Source of the DNA: an uncultured Planctomycetales bacterium
GTDB taxonomy: Bacteria; 4484-113; JAFGCY01
Assembly (NCBI GenBank): GCA_964609245.1
Contig: CAZSSB010000003.1
Location: forward strand, 55,854 to 119,853
Reading direction: 5' to 3'
DNA length: 64,000 bases
The notes under the pieces are model-generated. The model was not told the origin of the DNA, did no database searches, and saw nothing but the letters and a program-made list of their open reading frames with translations. The position numbers and the translations under genes were made by a program. This document shows, piece by piece, positions 58,073-64,000 of this stretch; position 1 is the stretch's first letter, and each line of letters starts with the position of its first letter.

Positions 58073-61000
58073 ATGCGCGCTTACGCTGGGCTGATGACGT
58101 TAACCCGCGCAGCCGTGTTAATGCTCGTGATTGCTGGTGCTACTGGTTGCGGAGGTGGCAGGAGTGGTGCGGTGGACATGACGGCTGAGCCGATGGCTGC
58201 TGCGCCGCTGATAGAGAGTCTTGGGCAGGATGATGCAACGCCCGGGATGCGTGCCGAATCGCTGGCTGAAGCCATCGCGCAGGTGGAGACCGCACCGGTG
58301 CCGGCGGAAGTCGACCCGGCGCTGTTCGCCGAGCTCCAGGCCGAGCTTGTCCGCGTGATCAGGGAAGCGGCGGAGAAGGGCGCCTCGATTCCGCCGTCGG
58401 GTGAGCACAATCGTGTCACCGACCTGGCGCTGGTCGAGTCCGCCGATGGCTGGGAGCTGAGCTGGAGCTACTTGAACACCGGCGACTACAACCTCGACGG
58501 TCTGGTGGGGGTCAGTGATCTGACGCCGGTGGGGGTGCACTTCGATGCGGAGCAGGGCGATCCTGCCTGGCCCCAGGCACAGTGCGCCGATGGCAACCAT
58601 GACGGCATGATTACGGTCGCGGACATCACGCCGATCGGCCAGAACTTCGGCGCCTTTGTGGCCGGCTACAACGTCTATGGATCGGACGAAGCGGATGGCC
58701 CCTGGACGGAAATCGGGTACAGCCAGCGCCCCGCCGCCTTTACCGCGGGCTCGCTGGCCTGCAGCTTTGAACTGGCCGCACGCGAGCATGAATACTACCG
58801 GGTCGAGGCGGTCGACGCGCAGGGCTCGGCCGGCGATCCCAGCGATGAGGTGCTTGCTCCTGGCGAACCGGCGCAGGTCAGCCTGGGGACGGACACAATC
58901 CTTACAAGCGAGGTGGTTCCCGACGGCGGCTCGCTGCTGCATGGTCCGGCAGGCTCGCCGCTGGAGGGAATGGAGTTCTACTTCCCCTCGGGTGTGATCG
59001 GCGAGAACATGGAGGTCGGGCTGGGCTACAACGACGGCTCGATCGCCCCCGTCGACGGAGTGTTCCAGCCACCGATCATCGTGATTGACTGCGGCGATGT
59101 CGACGTCCTGCCGATGCCGCTGGAAATCCGCCTGCCGTTCCCCGCCGATCAGCCGGTTGTGCCCGTGCTGTATGACATCGGAGAAGACGGCATTCTGCTG
59201 CCGATCGCTTATCAGGAGATCAACTACGAAACGGGCATGGCTGTCTACCGGACGATGCACGCCTCGCGAAAGGCCCTGATACTGGGCCGCCTGCATTTTG
59301 CCTCCACTGCCGATATCGGCCAGTGGGACACGGGGTTCCGCCCGCGCAAGGACGGCTTCTTCATTGTCAACAAGGGCAGCATGGTCTATCCGAAGGGCGA
59401 GTGCATGGGGATGACGGCGTTCAGCATGTGGTACTACCGCCTGAAGCACTACTGGAATCACGGCTTTTTGTATCTCAGCTTCCGGCAGCTCCTGGAGCCA
59501 GGCCCTGAGATCGTACAGGACGTGATTGCGACGCGCGCCCACACCTCGATCCACACCCAGTACAATTCGCTGTACCGCCCGCTGGCGCACACCCGCTTCC
59601 AGCTGCCGGCACCATACCGCTTCGCGATGATCCGCACCGCGCTGCTCAACAGCGGCGGGCCAATCACGATGACGGCGCAGGATGAGGCGGTAACCTGCGG
59701 CCATTCAATGCTGGTCTGTCGCATGAGTACGTACAGCCAGTTCCCGAACGCAGTGATTCTGGGTGTCTACGATCCCAACAAGCCCGGCAGGCTGTCAGAG
59801 GTTGGCTACTACTGCGACGAGCCGGTTAACTGGGATCTGGGCAAATTCGCGCCATATGCCAGCGGCGTGGTGTATGACGAGACCGAAATCGTGTTCGCCG
59901 ACTTCATACTGGAGGGGGAAGCATCGCTGCGCTTCAGGGAACACTTCGCATCGATCCTCGAGGATGCCCTGGATGATCCGCCATTCGGCGGCAGCAACCA
60001 GGTAACGATTCGGATCAGCGAACCAGCGGACGGATCGGCGCTGGATGTTCGGGATGTGGTTATCCGCGGCCAGGCGCTGAGTGGCGAAGTCCTGGTCGAT
60101 AGCCTGGGAATCTCAGCCATACCTGAGACGCGGTTTCACGCCAATACCGCGTTTGATCAACTGCCAAACCAGAGCAAGCTGGTCATGCCGGACGCCGAGG
60201 GCTATTTCGCGGCAGCGCTGACACTGCTGCCGGGGCCGAACACGATTGGGTTCGCGCCGTTCGGCTATGACGCGGATGAGAACCACCGGCTGCTGCCGGT
60301 GCGCATGCATCCCGACGATCTGGAGTTGGACGAAGGTTTCCCGGTGAACAATGGCTACGATCTTGAGGCTCCCTTCGGCCTCGTGGAGATCGGTATCAAC
60401 GGACTGAGTTCCGGACAGCAGGTTCCGCAAGCTCCGCTTGCGCTTTCCGGTACCTTGACATGTGGGGATACGCCAGCCGACAGGCTGGAAATGCTGAACG
60501 GCGCGGACAGGTACGAGGCAATCCTGACACAGACTGGTGATCTCACTGCCAGTTTCGCACTGAGCGGAGTGAACATCGGGTCCGGAGTGAATAACCTGCT
60601 GTTCAAAGCCTGGGCTGAGGATGTCTGCCTCTACGAATACTACGAGATGCCGACGACGTACAGCGAGCACCCCTTCGTGCTCATCGGAGCGGAAGCACCG
60701 CCTCCCGGCCAGGTGACGATCGAGGTGGAGTGGGGCAATGGTGCGGATTGCGGCATCGTGCTTTCCTGTCCGTGGATGGATGGCGCGTATCACTACGTCA
60801 GCAAACAGAACCCGGGCAGCATTGGCAGCGTTCCGTACGCGCTGTTCGAGGATTCGAGCGTCTATGGCGCTGGCGATGTGGTGTGGCCCGGCAACGGGCA
60901 CTACACGATCACTATCGCGCATCTGGAGCCCGGTGGCTACGCGCTTAAGGAAGATGTCTGGCACACCACGCGCAAGACCACTTTGGTGAAGGTCAGCAAA

Positions 61001-61141
61001 GGCGGCAGCCTGGAGCACACGATCATCCCGACCAGCGATCCCAAGCCCCCCGACGGCGAGTACAGCAACGACTGGGTGGTGTTGAGGATCGACGGAGAAA
61101 CGGGTGAGATCACGGTGGTAAACGAGTATCAGACATTCTGA
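58073..61141 (+). CDS. Surface lipoprotein, paralog of 54391..57744, with a putative papain-like Cys-His-Asp/Asn domain
   Basis: Near-identical signal peptide and N-terminus; dockerin-like pair; ZU5-like segment; [10 protein letters not shown]...GECMGM...CGHSML...YDPNKPG. Confidence 0.8.
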   Translation: MRAYAGLMTLTRAAVLMLVIAGATGCGGGRSGAVDMTAEPMAAAPLIESLGQDDATPGMRAESLAEAIAQVETAPVPAEVDPALFAELQAELVRVIREAAEKGASIPPSGEHNRVTDLALVESADGWELSWSYLNTGDYNLDGLVGVSDLTPVGVHFDAEQGDPAWPQAQCADGNHDGMITVADITPIGQNFGAFVAGYNVYGSDEADGPWTEIGYSQRPAAFTAGSLACSFELAAREHEYYRVEAVDAQGSAGDPSDEVLAPGEPAQVSLGTDTILTSEVVPDGGSLLHGPAGSPLEGMEFYFPSGVIGENMEVGLGYNDGSIAPVDGVFQPPIIVIDCGDVDVLPMPLEIRLPFPADQPVVPVLYDIGEDGILLPIAYQEINYETGMAVYRTMHASRKALILGRLHFASTADIGQWDTGFRPRKDGFFIVNKGSMVYPKGECMGMTAFSMWYYRLKHYWNHGFLYLSFRQLLEPGPEIVQDVIATRAHTSIHTQYNSLYRPLAHTRFQLPAPYRFAMIRTALLNSGGPITMTAQDEAVTCGHSMLVCRMSTYSQFPNAVILGVYDPNKPGRLSEVGYYCDEPVNWDLGKFAPYASGVVYDETEIVFADFILEGEASLRFREHFASILEDALDDPPFGGSNQVTIRISEPADGSALDVRDVVIRGQALSGEVLVDSLGISAIPETRFHANTAFDQLPNQSKLVMPDAEGYFAAALTLLPGPNTIGFAPFGYDADENHRLLPVRMHPDDLELDEGFPVNNGYDLEAPFGLVEIGINGLSSGQQVPQAPLALSGTLTCGDTPADRLEMLNGADRYEAILTQTGDLTASFALSGVNIGSGVNNLLFKAWAEDVCLYEYYEMPTTYSEHPFVLIGAEAPPPGQVTIEVEWGNGADCGIVLSCPWMDGAYHYVSKQNPGSIGSVPYALFEDSSVYGAGDVVWPGNGHYTITIAHLEPGGYALKEDVWHTTRKTTLVKVSKGGSLEHTIIPTSDPKPPDGEYSNDWVVLRIDGETGEITVVNEYQTF

Positions 61142-61337
61142 GGGGGGCTGCTGATGCAGCCGGCCTTCTGATCGGCTGGCGGGATGGATCAACTGCCGGC
61201 AGGAAATCGATCCGGCGGTAGAGGAATCGAGCCTGCCAGGCACAAGGCGGACTGCACCGTACTGCCAGCGTCCCTGCCTGGAGATCCCAGCCGTGCAGCC
61301 ACCGGGGCTTGTACAGCTCCAGTGCAAGCGCTACACG

Positions 61338-61388
61338 TCAGTCCGTTTTGCCCTTGACCGCGCGGCCCGGCACCTGGCGGGCGATCAC
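61338..61388 (-). pseudogene. Second, shorter displaced 3' fragment of the acyl-CoA dehydrogenase gene
   Basis: Encodes VIARQVPGRAVKGKTD*; core ACCGCGCGGCCCxGCACCTGGCGGGCGATxAC is shared with 57817 and 63186. Confidence 0.85.
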
Positions 61389-61491
61389 GGTGCTGTGTTT
61401 CGATCCGACCGCGAGGGCATTACGATGGTACAATATCAGCGACGACGCTGTAGGGGCGTTATCGGTTGGCTGTGCAGCCGTGGAGGTTGTG

Positions 61492-63168
61492 ATGCGTAAC
61501 GGTGCACGGCGAGAGAGACCCTCTCCCATTGCTTTAGTGGCGGTGGCTTGCGCCATCACGGCGCTCTGCGCGCTGGGCTGCGAGGCGAACAGCGTTGAGC
61601 CGCGCCTGCGCGATGACCAGCTTGATCCGTCCCTGGAGCGGCCACTGCCTGCCGCTGATTTCGGGCTGGCGTCGCCGACGGAGCTGGCGCGGGAGACGGC
61701 GGCGGCAACCGGTGGCTGCTTCCGCTACGGCGCGGCCTACAACGCCGCACTGCCCACACGCCATGCCAGCATTTCCGGGGCAAGCCTGTGGCTCGACCCG
61801 CCAGCGTGGTCCACGGGACTGGATGAAGACCCAACCGAGCCGGCATTCGCAATCTACAGCTTCGACGTCAGCGATTTCGCGGGTGCAGCCCGGTTCACAG
61901 TCAGGTCCCGCAGCGGCGTGCCCTACGCCGGGCTGGCCAACTACAAGCGTGACAGCTGGGACTGGTTCGCGGTTCCCCCCGATGGCGATGTGGCGATCGA
62001 CAGCTTTGCCTCATACGCGTCCGACACGGGCGTGTGCTATCTGGCGGTTGTCTCGATCAACGATGCTCAAGACGTCCACCGCACCGACGTCGTCGACTGG
62101 GTGCGGATCGGCGCCGATCCCTGGGAGTATTCCCCGCTGGCAGGCAGCGAATCAGGCAAGTACTACCAGTCACTGGCGCTGGACTCACAGGACCGGTCAT
62201 GGGTGGCGTGGTCAACGGCCGAACCCGAGCACGCCAGCGGGGTGGCGTTCTGCGGCGATGCGGGCCTGGTTCACGAAGCGATCAGCGACCACTACGCCCT
62301 CGGCCAGTCGCTGCGCCTGGACACCGATGACAGGCCACAGCTGTGCTACGTGATCCTGGCAGAGACGCAGTACGAGATCCGCTATGCCTGCCGCGAGCAA
62401 GGCGAGTGGCTTGACGAGCGGATCGCCGGGGTAGCCTACTCGCACACCACAAGCCAGGGCGCGCCGGAGCCCACCGCGCTGGACTACCTGCCCGCCGTGG
62501 ACTTGTCCCTCGATTCGGGTGGCCGGCCGCGGATTGCCTTGGTGGATACCGGCGACTCGGCGGTACGTTTCTGGTGGCACGACGGGTCGGACTGGCGCGC
62601 CGAGCTGGTGGACGACGACGCGATCGAGAAGCACCGCAGCGACATCAGCCTGGCACTTGATGTCGCTGGCAATCCGCGGCTTGTGTACAGCGGTGGCCAC
62701 CCACTCGAGCTTCGCTATGCCGTAAACGACGGCCCGGGCTGGGTTGTCGAGGCCGTGCTGCCTGAGGAAGGAGGATATCGGCATGTGTCGCTGGTGCTGG
62801 ATGAGACGGACAGGCCCATTCTGGCCTGCGGTTATGGATCGCTGGTGACAATCCTTCGCCGGAGCCAGGAGTGGGAGAGCACGACTCGCCCTGAAACGTA
62901 CGCTGTGCAGTACCTCGATCTGGCCTGCGCCGGCACTGCGCCTGCGCAGCTCTGTTACGGTCCGCTGGTCGACTACTGGGACCTGCAGTACGGGAGCCTT
63001 AACGGTGATACCTGGCAAATGGAAACCGTGTACCCGGCAGACCACCTCAGCTATTACCGGGAGACTCCGCCCGACGCTCTCGCGCTGGACTCCACCGGTG
63101 CACCGGTGATCCTGCTCCTGGAGGATTGCATAGAGGGGCGCGCCTGGTTCCTGATAACCCGCAGGTGA
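61492..63168 (+). CDS. Surface lipoprotein with beta-propeller-type repeats
   Basis: GGAGG RBS, ATG 61492; lipobox ALGC; repeats SLALDSQDRSWVAW, SLRLDTDDRPQLCY, DLSLDSGGRPRIAL, SLALDVAGNPRLVY, SLVLDETDRPILAC. Confidence 0.8.
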   Translation: MRNGARRERPSPIALVAVACAITALCALGCEANSVEPRLRDDQLDPSLERPLPAADFGLASPTELARETAAATGGCFRYGAAYNAALPTRHASISGASLWLDPPAWSTGLDEDPTEPAFAIYSFDVSDFAGAARFTVRSRSGVPYAGLANYKRDSWDWFAVPPDGDVAIDSFASYASDTGVCYLAVVSINDAQDVHRTDVVDWVRIGADPWEYSPLAGSESGKYYQSLALDSQDRSWVAWSTAEPEHASGVAFCGDAGLVHEAISDHYALGQSLRLDTDDRPQLCYVILAETQYEIRYACREQGEWLDERIAGVAYSHTTSQGAPEPTALDYLPAVDLSLDSGGRPRIALVDTGDSAVRFWWHDGSDWRAELVDDDAIEKHRSDISLALDVAGNPRLVYSGGHPLELRYAVNDGPGWVVEAVLPEEGGYRHVSLVLDETDRPILACGYGSLVTILRRSQEWESTTRPETYAVQYLDLACAGTAPAQLCYGPLVDYWDLQYGSLNGDTWQMETVYPADHLSYYRETPPDALALDSTGAPVILLLEDCIEGRAWFLITRR

Positions 63169-63185
63169 TTCGGCTTTCTGGACGG

Positions 63186-64000
63186 CTAGTCTACCTTGCC
63201 TCTAACCGCGCGGCCCAGCACCTGGCGGGCGATCACCATCCGCTGGATCTCGCTGGTGCCCTCGCCGATGGTGCACAGCTTGGCGTCGCGCCACATCCGC
63301 TCCACCTCGTACTCGCGGGTATAGCCATAGCCGCCGTGCAGCTGGACCGCCAGCTCCGTGATGCGCATCGCCACCTCGCTGGCATACAGCTTGGCCATCG
63401 CGGCCTCCTTGGTGATGTGCATCCCCTGGTCCTTCATCCACGCCGCGCGGTAGACCATCAGCCGCGCCGCCTCCAGCTCGGTGGCCATGTTGGCGATGAA
63501 GTGCTGGATCGGCTCGTGCTGGGCCAGCAGCTTGTCAAAGGTCTTGCGCTCCCTGACGTAGGCCACGGCGCGCTCGTAGGCGCCCTGGGCCAGACCCAGC
63601 GCCATCGCGCCGATACCGATCCGCCCGCCCTCCAGTGTCTGCATGAAGGCGCCGAAACCGGTGTTCTCCTCGCCGAGCAGGTTCTCAACCGGCACGCGGA
63701 CGTTGTCGAGGAAGATCTGCGACGTGCTGGAGCCGCGCAGGCCCAGCTTGTCCTCGACCTTGGGCACGCTGACGCCCTCGCTCTGCATGTCGATGATCAG
63801 CGCGCTGATGCCGTGGCTGCGGCGTGCCGAGGGATCGGTCTTGACGGTGGCGACCATCGTCCGGGCCTCGCGGCCGTTGGTGATCCACTGCTTGGCGCCA
63901 TTGACCACGTAGTGGTCACCCTCGCGGATCGCAGTGGTGCGGCAATTGCCGGCGTCGCTGCCCGCCTCGGGCTCGCTGAGGCCGAAGCAGCCGATATGCT
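63186..64000 (-). CDS. Acyl-CoA dehydrogenase (5' part beyond window end)
   Basis: [64 protein letters not shown]. Confidence 0.96.
   Translation of the reverse strand, partial: HIGCFGLSEPEAGSDAGNCRTTAIREGDHYVVNGAKQWITNGREARTMVATVKTDPSARRSHGISALIIDMQSEGVSVPKVEDKLGLRGSSTSQIFLDNVRVPVENLLGEENTGFGAFMQTLEGGRIGIGAMALGLAQGAYERAVAYVRERKTFDKLLAQHEPIQHFIANMATELEAARLMVYRAAWMKDQGMHITKEAAMAKLYASEVAMRITELAVQLHGGYGYTREYEVERMWRDAKLCTIGEGTSEIQRMVIARQVLGRAVRGKVD

Overview
GC-rich bacterial chromosomal window, probably diderm (kdtA present, many lipoproteins); the lineage cannot be assigned from sequence alone. Housekeeping content: efp 3' end, a rearranged hrcA-dnaJ-[giant TPR/J-like]-grpE-Hsp70 chaperone cluster, cyclophilin, eukaryotic-type citrate synthase, nadX, rseC-rnfBCDGEA, ruvX, M42 peptidase, MoxR-DUF58-transglutaminase, kdtA, an ECF sigma/anti-sigma pair and an acyl-CoA dehydrogenase. 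These are mixed with many large surface lipoproteins (PKD/Kelch, cohesin-like/dockerin-like/FN3, ZU5/papain-like). Main discovery candidate: two unrelated envelope genes (344..3400 + and 36690..35851 -) are each interrupted by one in-frame TGA. Both TGAs sit in the same peptide motif, G-C-x-x-G-x-[UGA]-G, and each is followed by a bacterial-SECIS-like hairpin, while TGA is a normal stop elsewhere in the window. These are candidate new extracytoplasmic selenoproteins. Also notable: an array of surface-protein genes separated by displaced copies of the acyl-CoA dehydrogenase 3' end (57.8-63.2 kb), a dockerin-like module inserted into FN3 domains, a duplicated helical tail on RnfB, and frequent apparently leaderless genes. 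No CRISPR array, rRNA, tRNA, transposase or integrase was recognised. Many start codons were re-assigned relative to the ORF track.
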